A stretch of 64,000 nucleotides of DNA from Zancudomyces culisetae HAW-14-8 (GCA_052426225.1 JBNJNM010000011.1:4960001-5024000); one strand, 5' to 3'. Numbered from the stretch's first letter, positions 36,901-48,801 are shown. The notes: generated by a model not told the origin, from the letters alone. Made by a program: numbers and translations.

Positions 36901-38777
36901 TCAAGCATCATTTGTTCAATATTTACAATGGGTTGCTGGTGGTCTTTGAATTTAGCTCTGTATTTATTCTGTAGCTTTAGTTTCGAAAGGAGTTGGTGCG
37001 CTATTTCGTATCTACCCAATTCACTATACCCTAATATTTGTGCAACTTTGATCCGTTTGGTCAATTCATCATCTGCAAAATTCTCATTATTATTACTGAA
37101 ATATACTTCACTTGTTGGATAATAATTGTTGTCTATACGACTAATTGAACTCGAGTTTTCTAAAGTTATAAACCTATTCATTTGGTCATCCTGAAGATTG
37201 TAGTCCAAACTTTCTAGATCCTGAAACGTGTAGTACTTTGCCATTTTTATACATGCCAATAGTCCATCATCAATCTTAATCCCAACCAACGCATTATCCA
37301 AGTTTTTAATAGTATTGGTATTCCCATGATACCCCAACATTAAAATGACCATTTTGATATATCTCAGTTCAAAACTGTTTTCATTTCTAGAACAACCAGC
37401 ATTTTGAAGTGTATACTGTTTAATTCGCTCCAAAAAATCATAATATGAATGAGTTTCAGCATCTTTAGCCGAATTTCTATATATAAAATCTCCAAGCTTG
37501 CCCTCAGATTCCTGATTGATCAAAATTAACCCAAATTTACCTATTACTCTTCTGTTGTTACTTCCAGTATACTTGAATCTTTCTATAACTGATTCAAGTA
37601 GTTTTATTACTTGCTCCACACTTGTTCTTTTCTCTTTGCTTCCCCGGTTCCGTTGTTGAATTTGCTGTTGTTGTTGTTGTTTTTCAAATATTCTCAAATA
37701 TCGCTTTACAATACTGATTGACCCGCCATTTTTACCTTCTACTATTAGTCGATTCATAATATCAAGTATTTGTTGATTGTCTATAAAAAGAAATGACTTT
37801 ACGGCACTTTCCAATACTGACACTGCAGTTTCCAAGTCATTGTTCACATCCCCTAGCTGTTTTAACAATGTTATTATATTATCCGATTTATCTCCGTCTT
37901 TAGAGTTGGTCAGGTTAGTCTTGTTGTTTTTCTTTCTCAATTTAGGATCAAGTAAATACACCAGATTGTGGTATCCTAGTTCTAATTCTCCCCTGTGGAT
38001 TTCTATTGGTAGCTCGCCTGTAATAGTCCTTTTGGTATGCATATCACCAGCAGTGTGTTTTTCTGTAGTTATACCTCGATCTTGGCCGAATTCACCATTA
38101 TTCATGCTAGATCCAGAGTATATATACCTTTTGATTGTTTCCAGATCTCGATCAAGCCTTCCATGTGAAGACTTGTTTTTGGACATAAAAGGAACATTTT
38201 TGGGAGGTTCATCACAAGCATCCTTTAGAATCTGTGTTTGTTCCTGGAGACGTACGTGTGACTGGTAATATTCGTGACTTTGTGATTTAGGAACAGTAGA
38301 ATATGGCCTAGCTTTTATACACGTATTTTGTGTCCCTAATTCAAATCTTTTCTTTGCTACTACCTCTTTTATCAAAACATTAGTATGCTCTTTATTAATT
38401 AATACTTTGGGCATAAATTCATATTCGGCATTGTTCCTTTTATTATTGGTGTGCCAAAACTTTTGATCAGAAATATCCAATTCATTATCCAGTCCAATAT
38501 TGAAATTATCTAGTCGCCCATGTGTACTTACATAACCGCTCCTTTCACAGGAGAATAAATATTTGTATTTAGTTTTGAATCTATATTCATACCTCTTTTG
38601 GTACCTTTTTTGTGGGATAGCTGTGCAATTGCCACCGAGGTTGTTTTTTATTTTGTATTTTATTGTATTTTCGTTATTGATTGACCACAATACTTGCTCA
38701 AATCCGCTTGGATTGATAGAATCATCCCGCAGAAATGTCTTTAGCCATTTTATCTTATCTATTGTTGGTTTATACAT
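33963..38777 (-). CDS. 1604-aa intronless protein of unknown function, possibly a degenerate PPR/alpha-solenoid mitochondrial RNA-binding protein
   Basis: A 4.8-kb uninterrupted ORF in AT-rich DNA is almost certainly coding. Function is inferred only from scattered PPR-like helices. Confidence 0.7.
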   Translation of the reverse strand: MYKPTIDKIKWLKTFLRDDSINPSGFEQVLWSINNENTIKYKIKNNLGGNCTAIPQKRYQKRYEYRFKTKYKYLFSCERSGYVSTHGRLDNFNIGLDNELDISDQKFWHTNNKRNNAEYEFMPKVLINKEHTNVLIKEVVAKKRFELGTQNTCIKARPYSTVPKSQSHEYYQSHVRLQEQTQILKDACDEPPKNVPFMSKNKSSHGRLDRDLETIKRYIYSGSSMNNGEFGQDRGITTEKHTAGDMHTKRTITGELPIEIHRGELELGYHNLVYLLDPKLRKKNNKTNLTNSKDGDKSDNIITLLKQLGDVNNDLETAVSVLESAVKSFLFIDNQQILDIMNRLIVEGKNGGSISIVKRYLRIFEKQQQQQQIQQRNRGSKEKRTSVEQVIKLLESVIERFKYTGSNNRRVIGKFGLILINQESEGKLGDFIYRNSAKDAETHSYYDFLERIKQYTLQNAGCSRNENSFELRYIKMVILMLGYHGNTNTIKNLDNALVGIKIDDGLLACIKMAKYYTFQDLESLDYNLQDDQMNRFITLENSSSISRIDNNYYPTSEVYFSNNNENFADDELTKRIKVAQILGYSELGRYEIAHQLLSKLKLQNKYRAKFKDHQQPIVNIEQMMLEYEMLSASIKVCIETKVFSENFHSSGSIKAQTELTKDNMKIHNTTLQADYKKTINTSDGNGDGYSSFVINRLVNILHENINRVLLLPNPVTNNIAKNDTHGALFEDLKVKYNEFVAHAMLFRNIYKPNPHSNAFGENHDSNDILPRLKLASFSSVEEYTACLYAIGLSNTGNYYRRRMAIKVLTVLFGNLQHQTIAKAGNTLFVPALISCFPTQFLSRQKINNASLFEPSVTQLMFGGNGLPFNTGFYLINSVISRAFMNAGAKKIVSTNLKFTIMELWNLVLSANNSLAQTKLINFVENVFHLNKSTTSSSQHIANTKAHFYNNNNTNGINTSVYLVKHLLFMATKLNSCSIAFYISTTLFNEVIRNNELFYSNKSIIVGLLNCCYKTMLLSIENKDMNTSQIKIDNNNENSGDQVKVLTMEIYSEVVNIVNSYPHLSTDAVVLQAILRFSFVAACQPLKHDDSESKANALMAQRIRNNLFRYLFIKNNVYPSRSTVLAITQYYSHLCSLTISDTTTSTDYMSVIFDCFYILQYYYYYYYYHMIKYNSQKPTTNTNPDIDNNADLSSGVSTPMQYILSSIHNIITSYFIKVETNLHSNTNYTSNGNTESHQIECFGDLFDTSQFSFLSTPPHANTTVSGIVDNEGIETNQYTNKYQILNIHDLLVIIDLTKILVSFIKTNKSIANENKTVTTAITESVISEVQHLLDYCLNLINYNFLQKTQKPKPNVGNEGTGFFMTKSNFYTFNLVYSQLFTLISDYLLPQVKPQVQAQVQPISSLSPSSSSSSSCYLDSVEPKTPITTNHEYYLYWSLVYFDSLLLNILSSPSPSPSSPSPSSPTSSSLSTIYPDNVINHTKMGLVDKLTSSVPIIDETIKSLSSIIFSQPTSTFSIPSQDLHSYTSQYQTRNCSSDVPFVHDAFCLRSNIKYNNKTVNNFAISCDPLLQSGNNSDNTSNLDLDLINLKHAFSYFFLLKSQFTTK

Positions 38778-39556
38778 TCTTGAGGTCTATATCTATTATT
38801 GTTACTATTTATTAATATTAATTTTGTTGTTGCCGTTGCCGTTGCTGTTGCTGTTACTGTTGGTTTATTTTTTGTTATTGTTTTTGATTGTATGCTTGAT
38901 TTACTCGCTTTTTTTCTTTCTTTTTCCGTTTATTAATTTCTTGTACCTTCAAATTTTTTTACCATGTGCATTTGATTTTGAAAAGCGCACTTGAAGGATT
39001 ACTAAACAAAAAAAAAGGAAAAAGAAAAGAAAAAAAAAGAGTATTTGTAGTTTGTACTAGAAACAAGCAACGTTAACCTTACTTTTAAGGTTTTATCAAC
39101 AAATCTAGTATATACTAAATAAAATAAAATAAAATAAAATTTCTATATTGTTTGTATTTTTTTTTTCCTCACTTCAATATTTTCTGATTAATTTAGGGTA
39201 AATAAAAATTGATCTTTTGTAGTTAAAGTGGACAAAACCAGAAAAGAAGAGCAACAATAAAAAATAAATAACGGTAAAAAAAAGGCTTTCTCTCCTTCTC
39301 TTCCTCGCCCCCCTCCTTCTCCCCCTCTATCATCATCACCCATCATCACCCATTAATACCTTGAATATTATTTTTTTTAATATAGACTACTTTTTCGTTG
39401 AGACAGCCATAGTTGCTCTTGAATCTACCAACTAGACCCATAAAGCCAAATAATAATTGCTAAAAAAAAAATTTTTTTATTAATTATCCTCATTTTTCTT
39501 TTCATTGATTCCAAAAAAAACTCTTTTAATACAAAACAAATAAATAAATAAGTAAA

Positions 39557-42500
39557 TCATCCTGAATTCTCAACTACATTTTTCCTTACATCACACTCAT
39601 CATCCATACCACTACCGCTGCCACTGCTACCATCATTAGAATTATTACTGCCAGTGCTACCAACGCCCTCACTAGAACTATCGAAACTTTCTTCTATATC
39701 CAGATATTGCGCCACCAGCTCAACCTGCTCACTAGTAAAATACAATGGTTTATTCAGATGCTCTCCTGTAACCACTACAAACGCCACGTCAGTCCCAGGA
39801 GTCTCAAACATTGGATTTAGCAACACATTTTCTATGATTCTTCGTAATCCTCTTGCTCCAGTCTTCTTTTTAATTGCAAGTTTGGCAATCTCTTGGAAGG
39901 CACAATTGGTTATTATCAACTCAATATTGTTTACTGCAAATAACTCTCTATATTGCGAATAGATTGAGTTTTTGGGTTCAGTAAGTATCCTGATCAACTC
40001 TTCCAATTTCAGCTCTGCAACGCTAGCTACTACTGGAATTCTTCCAATGAACTCGGGAATAAACCCATACTTTATAAGATCTACAATTGAAATAATAACA
40101 GTTCATAAACTTTGTATTCGCTTTAATCACGATATTGAGATGGGTAGGAGGAGAGTTAAATGCCTCGTTTGAATTACCTAGTAGAGTTTATAGTATTTAA
40201 ACAACTTACCTTCTGGCTCTACAAAATCCAAAACATTGTAATCGCTATCAGAACCACCGTCGGGTAGGCCTATTTGCTTCTGCTGCTGTACCTGCTCCAT
40301 ATCATTCTTTAGTTGCTGTCCTTGTTGTTGTGGTTGTTGTTCCTCTTGGTATTGTTGCAGTAATACCTTTTGGCCTACCGGGTTGTTGAATCCAATAGAA
40401 CCCTTTGATATTCTATTGGTTATTTGCTTTTCTAGCCCTATAAACGCCCCACTCAGAATAAACAAAATATTTGAAGTGTCAACATTGAATACACCGCTTC
40501 TATTTGACAAGGGTAGTGGTGGAAATGGAGCTGTAGAGTTTGGCCCACTACCAAGCCCCATCCCGAGTCCAAATCCAAACGGCCCATTACCAGCACCCCC
40601 ATTGTTTCCACCACTTCCCACACTCCTACTGTTGTGTATCATGTGTGTTCCCTGTGAGTTTGTTTTCAATGTTGGTGCTGGTGGCGGCACTGCGCTATTA
40701 TGTGATGTATATAGACCCCCTGGTACCGAGGTGTTTATACTACTATTACTACTATTACTATTGCTACTATAATTACTGTTGCTATTGGTGAAATTCCTGT
40801 CTCTTTTGTAACCTCTTTCCGATCCAAAATTGCTGCTGTTTGAGCCGTTAAATTGGTTTTTTATGGTATTTGCGGAATTGTTGTTGCTATTGTTATTGCT
40901 ACTTTTAGAGAAAATGGGATTTGACTTGTAATCTCCATCAAACCCAGCACCTTGGTTTGATCCCCAATTTGTGGGTCTGTTTACAGATGTACCAAATGGA
41001 TTGCCTGCACTGTTACCATTGAAATTGGTAAACCCCTTTCCAAAGGGGTTTCCAGTAACTGGATTGTTTGGGTTGTTGAGACCATTTGGACTGTTAAATG
41101 AATTATTGTTTAAAATCGAAATTGCAGATTTGTCAACTATAGTAACAACTGTTCCTTCCAACATCCGCAGCAAACTTTGCTGGACTCCCTCCCCAGACAC
41201 ATCCTTTGAAGTCGACATTGTATCTGTCCGCTTGGATATTTTGTCAATTTCATCAATAAAAACAATTCCATATTCGGCTTGTTCTACATTGAAGTCACAT
41301 CTCTGCAACAATCGATGAATTACCGTCTCAACATCATCACCTACATATCCGGCTTGTGTCAGTGGTGTGGCGTCTGACATGGAAAACGGCACCTTCAGAA
41401 TCCCGGCTATTGTCTTTGCTAGTAATGTCTTTCCTGACCCCGTTGGTCCTATCAGTAATACGTTGCTCTTCTCTAACACTGTTCCCAGGTCTTCTTGCCT
41501 CTCTTGTTGTAACTGTGCCTCTACCAGCCGTGCTATATTTTTGCCACCACCTCTTTTGGTTTTGCTCTTTTCTCTATCTACATGTTCACCAAGTCCTATT
41601 TTCTTTCGGGTGACTCCTCCCCCTGCTCCTCCAGTACCAGTTATTATTCCATCCCCCTTTCTTTGCTCCGTTCTAGTTGTTTCTTGTTGGCTTGACTCTT
41701 CTTTATTTTTAGCTTCTTTGATCCCTGATTCCTTGCCCTTCTTACCAAGCCCTGTTGTTTGAGCCGCAGGTTTTTGGCTATTATACCCTTCTACACTTGC
41801 ACCTGTCATTCCTTCACTTGATTCTTGTGCTCCTCCATTTTGCTCATAACTCTGCATCAATCTTTTCTTTTGCTTATTGAGATTATTTATTCTAACCCGG
41901 TTGTAGTGGTTAAATACTGCCACTGATAATATCTTTTTGGCTTTGTACTGTCCAATAACACACTTGTCCAACTCCTCCATAATCTATTGTAACCATTTGT
42001 ATAGTTAATAAAAAAAACTGATTCTTTACCTTCATTTATAAAGATGCACACAACTTTTTTGCTGTAGAATAAATGGTCTTGTTAAATTTACCTTTTTTGG
42101 TGTTAGGAGCGGGTCTTCACTATATTGATGTCTGGCTGTCTTTGTAGCTGAGGCAGTATAGAGTCGTTTTTTCCGTTAAAAAAAACCTGTCTTTTGTACT
42201 GTTTGAACAACCCTCGTTCCACACTCCCATTCACAATAACACTACCACTACCAGTACCAGTACCAGTACTAATGCCACCACTAGTGCTAATATTTTTGCT
42301 GCTATAACATCTTGAGCTTTGTTTGAGTCTAGTTCCCGCAAGAATTCCATCCCCAAAGAAAGGGGTAGAGTGTATATTGGCTGGGGAGCACCTTGGGACG
42401 AAAAAGCCTAGAGTTCCGGTTCTAGCTACATTCACGTTGTACAAATGCTTTGTCTTTTGTGGCGGGTTCGTGTTTTTGGAGACAAAATTCCGCACAACGA

Positions 42501-42570
42501 TTGGAATTGGTCTCAGGAATGCGTCTGGGCGTCCAACCCGTCTAGCATTTATTTTATGCCTTGTTAACAT
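39557..42570 (-). CDS. clpX: Mitochondrial ClpX AAA+ unfoldase, 3 exons, frame discontinuity in exon 1
   Basis: Exons 42570-42092, 41983-40210, 40080-39557. [58 protein letters not shown] loop, [23 protein letters not shown]. Arg/Ser-rich presequence-like N-terminus. Confidence 0.92.
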
Positions 42571-43596
42571 CTTTTACTGTTTCCAAAATTAACCTGACTT
42601 CCACCCCTCCTGTTTATTATGTATTACTTTAGCTACTTGTTTGGTACTTTTTTTTTATTTTCTCATTAAAGTGCTGTTAGAAGGGAAAAAAAAAAAAATA
42701 ACATAAAATGGGCTTGTGAAAGAAAATAGTTAGTGTTTTTAAATATTTGTTCTTATAGGCTATTTTTCTTTTACTTTTTATTTTTCTATATTTCTTAGTA
42801 CTCTCACGTTTGTGCTATATTTTTTTTATGGTTTGACCATGCACTAATCTCATGCACGAATTAGAAATAAGAAAAGGAGAAAAGGAATGAAAAGTGGGGG
42901 TTTTGGATAAAGAATTTCCGAAGCTATAATCTAATCTCAAAGTATCTTTTTCTTTTTTCCTTTTTTTTTTATACTTTCTATATATACTTTTTATTCAGTT
43001 TCCAAGTCTTTCGCTCTTTCTGTAATTATTGAATAGTTATCGGGCTTGTGGTTGAGAACAAGACATGCTTTACAATATATATCCAGCAGAAAAAAAATAA
43101 TACATAATAAATACAAAACATATTGAAACATAAAAAAACGTGTTTAGTTGTGGAAATAATGGCTGATAATTTTGTATAGCCAAAGCAGGTTGCGTCATAA
43201 TTGTCTCAAAAATTGGGTTCGTCTTAATGAGCAATCAACATTTACCAAAATATCAAATATCATTTACATCCCATCCACAACCCCCCCCCCTTTTCTGACT
43301 TCCATTCTCATTGCATACCTGTCCCCATGCTTATATTCCATTCCCAGTTTATTTTTTTTTTCAAGTATCTTTCAAGTAATTTATATAAGCAGCTGGAATT
43401 TTCGGCTCATATTCCCAGTGCCTGGTCTCACTGTTGGTACGACACATGTATAACAAAAACTGGTGAATTAGCGTCTCATAAACAAGTGGTACAGACAAAG
43501 ATAGTAATAAAATGTTTATTTTAAGAGCATTAGTTTAAATACTTTCAAGGCATGAACAGATAGAAACTTGTGTAATATAATAACTAGTAAGGAAAA

Positions 43597-45579
43597 TTAG
43601 CTCCACCACGATGACAACAACCCTTTACTACCACGCTTTTCAACAGGCTGTTCAACTGCTTTTTCAGCAACACTCTTCTTTTTCTTTGCATTCACTGCTG
43701 TTGTACTTGTACTCGCTGAAGATAACAACGAAGACAACTCATCGATAGAAGCCGATTGATCAATGATGTATGACTCTGCCAAATTGTAAAAAACGGGTCT
43801 CATTGGAACTACAACAACCTCAGCTTCGATCTTGTTTCCAGGTGTATCTGTAAATGGTGTATTCGAAAGTGCCAACCTGCATACTTGCAGATATTCTAAA
43901 CCATCCTTTTTCAACTGTAGCAATGTTTCGGTAATAAATTGTTGGATATCACCAAACAAAACACTATGGTCATTTCCACTATTATCGCTCATACTTTCAA
44001 ACGAACTTAGATGATTTATCATAGACTGAATATATTTCACATGACTTCCATCTCTTACTGTCACCAATTTATGCACTGAAATCATTACATCTTTTAGCTT
44101 TCGCACCATTTTAACTATATCGGATCGTGAATTGTTGCCTCCCATACTGATTATGTGGAATTCTATATTATCTAAGCTGAGAATTATTTTTTTTAGTGTA
44201 TACTTTCGTTTATCGCCGTTGTCCTTGCCACCTTTGTTGTCTCCCTTTCCACCACTTTTGGCCCCACTTAGAAGCATATTTTTAACGTTGAGCACTTGTT
44301 GAATAGCTAAACGATAGTCTTTTTCACCTCCATTTACACTACAAACAAATCCTAAAAATGTCTCTAGCAGCTTATAAAAGTTTTCAATAATGCTCTTGAT
44401 ATGAAGTCTGTACTCTTTATTGTTTTTGCTACTTTGCATTGACACTACCAGCCCCATAATTTTATCCTCACCCTCTACATTCTCTGCACCGCTGAGTTTA
44501 TCCATAATATCCTTGTATATTTCCAACATTTCTTTGCCACTCTTCTTCTCAGTTCCAATAACTTTTCTTTCGTATTGTACCTTACTTTTCTCCCCTTCCT
44601 CTTCATGTTTCTCCTGTTCCACATCATCCTCTTTCTGATCATCCTTAGAAATAATATAGCTGTATAACTCATATATACAATCTTTTTTTCCTCCTGATAT
44701 TTCTGCATTTCCGTATTCTATAATCTCATCTGTTGTCATCTCCTTTTTGGCTTTTTTAGCCCCAAACAATCCGAGTTTATAAGCTGCGTACTTTACCATT
44801 CCCGCAATATCTACCCCTTCATCCTTCTCGCTCTCCCCTCCTTTTCCTGCCTTCTTACTTTTCTTGGATTGTGCTGACCCGGTCGCCCTATGTTTAAAAT
44901 CAGATTCCAAAACCTTTTTTTTCCCGCCAATATATGCACTAAATGCTTTGATCGCCTCTTTCCAGTTTTCTTGCTCAAACTCCAAGACACCCTTCAAACC
45001 ACAGTAGTATACTCGAGCATCATTAAGTCTAGTCTGGTTTTTCTGCTTTTTTTCTTGCAAGGATGCTTGCAAAACCTGGATAATCAGTTGACTGGTTTTA
45101 ACTGCTGCTTTATATCGCCTAATCATGTGGTATCTGACGCGCGGCTCCTCGGTCTTGCCATACATTTCTTTGAGTTGCTGCCCATACGCCCAGTTTCTCT
45201 CGCTTACAAAAAACAAATATTCTATTTTCTTGGAATGCTTTGCATTTGCAAGAATATCTGTGCTCTGTTTATCCGCATCATCTTCTTCCTCCTTATCATC
45301 TCCATCCTGTACATCGATATTTTCCTGGCTCACTTCTTGGCTACCTTGCAGAGTTTCTTTTTTAATTTCCTTGACTAGATATTCATTTTGACGCAATCTC
45401 TTGGCTCCTTTACCTGATTTTCCCGCTACGCTCTTGTTTTTTGGTTTTGTAATCGCTCGATGTTCCTTGACAAGCTGTCTGACCTTGGACCTACAGTATT
45501 TGAAATACTTTTCATAATCAATCTCATCCCCAATCTTGTGTTGGACTCTTTCCTTTCTGGTGGTTTTGATGAATTCCAT
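43597..45579 (-). CDS. SRP68: Signal recognition particle subunit SRP68
   Basis: DYEKYFKYCRSKVRQL, LFFVSERNWAYGQQLK, RYHMIRRYKAAVK, C-terminal PMRPVFYNLA and GLLSSWW. First in-frame ATG is at 45579. Confidence 0.85.
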   Translation of the reverse strand: MEFIKTTRKERVQHKIGDEIDYEKYFKYCRSKVRQLVKEHRAITKPKNKSVAGKSGKGAKRLRQNEYLVKEIKKETLQGSQEVSQENIDVQDGDDKEEEDDADKQSTDILANAKHSKKIEYLFFVSERNWAYGQQLKEMYGKTEEPRVRYHMIRRYKAAVKTSQLIIQVLQASLQEKKQKNQTRLNDARVYYCGLKGVLEFEQENWKEAIKAFSAYIGGKKKVLESDFKHRATGSAQSKKSKKAGKGGESEKDEGVDIAGMVKYAAYKLGLFGAKKAKKEMTTDEIIEYGNAEISGGKKDCIYELYSYIISKDDQKEDDVEQEKHEEEGEKSKVQYERKVIGTEKKSGKEMLEIYKDIMDKLSGAENVEGEDKIMGLVVSMQSSKNNKEYRLHIKSIIENFYKLLETFLGFVCSVNGGEKDYRLAIQQVLNVKNMLLSGAKSGGKGDNKGGKDNGDKRKYTLKKIILSLDNIEFHIISMGGNNSRSDIVKMVRKLKDVMISVHKLVTVRDGSHVKYIQSMINHLSSFESMSDNSGNDHSVLFGDIQQFITETLLQLKKDGLEYLQVCRLALSNTPFTDTPGNKIEAEVVVVPMRPVFYNLAESYIIDQSASIDELSSLLSSASTSTTAVNAKKKKSVAEKAVEQPVEKRGSKGLLSSWWS

Positions 45580-47424
45580 CTTGATTTTACTAGTGGTTAG
45601 GATGGAACCAAATCTCTCTGTCTCTCTCTGAACCAACTCGGATTGATTTGGTTATTTAAATTCGACAAATATTGTTCAATTGTTTATTGCATGTAAATAT
45701 TTGTTTTATTTAATTGCAATTTTTAATTATTTTTATACAGTTGTTGTGCCTAGCCCATTACAATTAAGAGGGTAAAACTAAACAAAAAAAAATTTTTGTC
45801 ATCCAATTACTGGTGTGTTTATCTGATCTTGTGTGTCCAATAAATAGCCCGACTCAATGTTTAGCATTATCCCACTCCGCCTCCCTCACCTCGCTCCCTT
45901 CCCTTCACCCCCTTTATGCTTCCCCCTCTTTCCATCCTAATCCCCTATTCAATCGCACTTGCATATACTACCAAGAGTGTCAATACACTGCTACTCTTGG
46001 AATCAAAAGAATTTAAGCGTCACCACAACCATCTCCCTCTCATTGTAGCCAATTCTGTAATATAAGGAGATGATGCTGTGTATCTGATTTATGGGCTAGA
46101 ACAGTGATATATGATACATCGTGCAACATCTTTTTAAAGCTGTAATCAAATTTGATATTTTTTAACTATGATTTAGCTTTGGCTTTAGAAATACTGGAAA
46201 TCGCATACACCAAAATAATAATATAAACGCCAGTCGTGAAAAGGAGGGAGGGAGAGGAAGGTAAAAGAAACGGCATCAATAAACACAAGGGTCAATTTTA
46301 CCTTTGCTCATAAGAAATACGTGGTGTATATCCTTCTAAGAATGGGCGAGCATGTCTATGAAATCTTTTATTCGCCAAACCAAACTTGAGAGTCGGGTAC
46401 TTCCAATTTTAATCGAGAAATAGACTAAAAGCTACATTTCATGGTTTCACATTGACGTTTTTAAATCGATAAAGTTATCTAATCACATCTGTTTTCCTAT
46501 CTAATGATTTTTTCTTTATTGCCATTGTAATGACTCTTGCGCGTTATTAAATCCCCAGTTCCTTCTTCCCCTCCTCCCCCTCCTCCAGAGTTTATTCACG
46601 AGACTGTTTCTGTGAATAAAACCAGGAAATTCCTAAAACACAAATCCAAATACTACAATATCTTTACAACATAGATACACCCAACATTGGGTTGCAAATT
46701 TGAATAGGTAATACGTTGTTGTTTTGCAGCTCGCGACACAGCGGATGTGAAAGACCCAGTCGCGAATTATTAATAAACAAGATCATGTGATATTTTTGTT
46801 TACTTTTATTTACCCCCAATTACTAAGGAAAAAGCAGGTGCCTAAGCGCGAAACTTTCAAGACTGTAATAATAACACAAGAAAAGCAGTATATTATGCCT
46901 TACTAATATAATTCTGCAGTGTAAATCATATTACTAATGTATTAGCCCAGAATTTGCATTCATGCTTGAATGATTAAAGGATGGGGGGAAAGCAAAGCAA
47001 TTTGTAAGCAGGAAAGTTGAGGAGGTGATTAAAAAAAAAGTGATAATAACATAATTAGTAAAAGTTATGGCATACAACGAAGCTTTTTACTACCACGAAT
47101 CAATTTGCAGCAAATTCAAACAAAAAATTTTTTGTTATTATTTCATGTACAAAATCAAATCTGCGCTTACAAATTATTTACCAAAAATAACATTATTCAG
47201 GTTTTCGACAAAAACAGAATGAATTTCCCCGATTTGCAGGCAGTCCATACCCAAAAAAGAAATAACAAAACAGATCTCCCCCTTCTCTCCCCATCCTGCA
47301 CCACCCCACTCCACTCCGCCATACTCCGCTCTAGATTTGCATTTTCGAAATTAATCGTAAAAATCAAACATCAGAGGGTGTTAGTTTTTTTCCTTTTTTC
47401 TTTGTTAGTCATTTAGGCCAAATC

Positions 47425-47433
47425 TATATAAAA
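47425..47433 (+). promoter_or_regulatory. TATA box of TAL1
   Basis: TATATAAAA about 160 nt upstream of the ATG, downstream of a CT-rich tract at about 47276-47330. Confidence 0.45.
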
Positions 47434-47590
47434 GGCAAATTGACCTGTCACCTCTCTTATTCATAGTATAAGAGGTTTTTTTTTTCGTGAACTTACACAT
47501 TTATAGCTAACTGGCTTTCTTGTAAAAACAAAAAACAAGAAAACATATTAAAAAAAACACGCACACAACAACTTTAACAGAAGGATAAAA

Positions 47591-48574
47591 ATGAGCTCAG
47601 TATTGGAACAACTCAAAAAGGTTACCACAGTTGTCGCAGACACTGGAGATATCGAGGCCATTGCTAAATACGAACCAACCGATGCAACCACTAACCCTTC
47701 CTTGATTCTAGCAGCAGTTACTGATCAGGGATACAGATACCTATTGGATGATGCCATTAAATACGCACTTGAACACGCAAGTGGAAAGACCAAGGAGGAA
47801 AAAGTAGACTTGGCATTCAAGAAGCTGTTGACACTGTTTGGTGTGGAGATCCTTAAGAAGGTTCCAGGAAGAGTTTCAACTGAAGTAAACGCCAGACTTT
47901 CCTTTGATAAGGAGGCCACCATAGAATATGCCTTGGATCTTATCAAACTGTACGAAGCCGCCGGAATCGGTAAAGACCGCGTGCTTATCAAGGTTGCATC
48001 TACTTGGGAGGGAATCCAAGCAGCTAAGGAGCTGGAAACCAAACACGGAGTGCACTGCAACCTGACACTCTTGTTTTCGTTCGCACAGGCTGTAGCATGT
48101 GCCGAAGCTGGAGTTACCCTAATTTCACCATTTGTAGGACGTATCTTGGATTGGTTCAAGGCTGCACCAGGTGGTAAAGACAAAGATTTTGAAGGTGCAA
48201 ACGACCCAGGTGTACAAAGTGTCCAGAAGATTTACAACTACTACAAGCAGCACGGATACAAGACCATTGTGATGGGAGCCAGTTTCCGAAACATTGGTGA
48301 AATCAAAGAATTGTCTGGATGTGATTATCTAACCATTTCACCAAGTCTGCTTGCTCAGCTCAAATCAGATTCCTCACACTTGGATATCAAACTGTCTTCA
48401 GACAGTGCCAACTCTGCAGCAAACAAGATTGAGAAAATCACTCTTTCTGAAGCAGAGTTTAGATGGCAACATAACCAAGACCAAATGGCTGTAGAAAAGC
48501 TTAGTGATGGAATAAGAAAGTTCAATGTTGATGGTGATAAGCTTTACCAGCTTCTGAGCGCTCAAATCAACTAA
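47591..48574 (+). CDS. TAL1: Transaldolase
   Basis: [37 protein letters not shown] (Schiff-base Lys), [26 protein letters not shown]. Intronless. Confidence 0.97.
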   Translation: MSSVLEQLKKVTTVVADTGDIEAIAKYEPTDATTNPSLILAAVTDQGYRYLLDDAIKYALEHASGKTKEEKVDLAFKKLLTLFGVEILKKVPGRVSTEVNARLSFDKEATIEYALDLIKLYEAAGIGKDRVLIKVASTWEGIQAAKELETKHGVHCNLTLLFSFAQAVACAEAGVTLISPFVGRILDWFKAAPGGKDKDFEGANDPGVQSVQKIYNYYKQHGYKTIVMGASFRNIGEIKELSGCDYLTISPSLLAQLKSDSSHLDIKLSSDSANSAANKIEKITLSEAEFRWQHNQDQMAVEKLSDGIRKFNVDGDKLYQLLSAQIN

Positions 48575-48801
48575 TCTTTCTAGTTATTTTTTTATTTTTT
48601 CCTGTTGTGTGTCATAATTTACCATTTTGTCAAATAAACAAAAGCTTTCTTTTATTCGTTTCATTTTTTTTTTTGTTTACGTCTGTTCATTGTTGATTAG
48701 CACCAGTAAAAACTTTATTCGTTCCATTGACTATCAGTTTATTTAGCAATCAAAAGGAAATAATGTATGAACCAAAGAGAATGATTTAAAAGCAAAAATA
48801 A

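Noticed and set aside
42905-42925. GAA-TTC-GAA heat-shock-element-like word upstream of ClpX
   Set aside because: Spacing does not match nGAAnnTTCnnGAAn.
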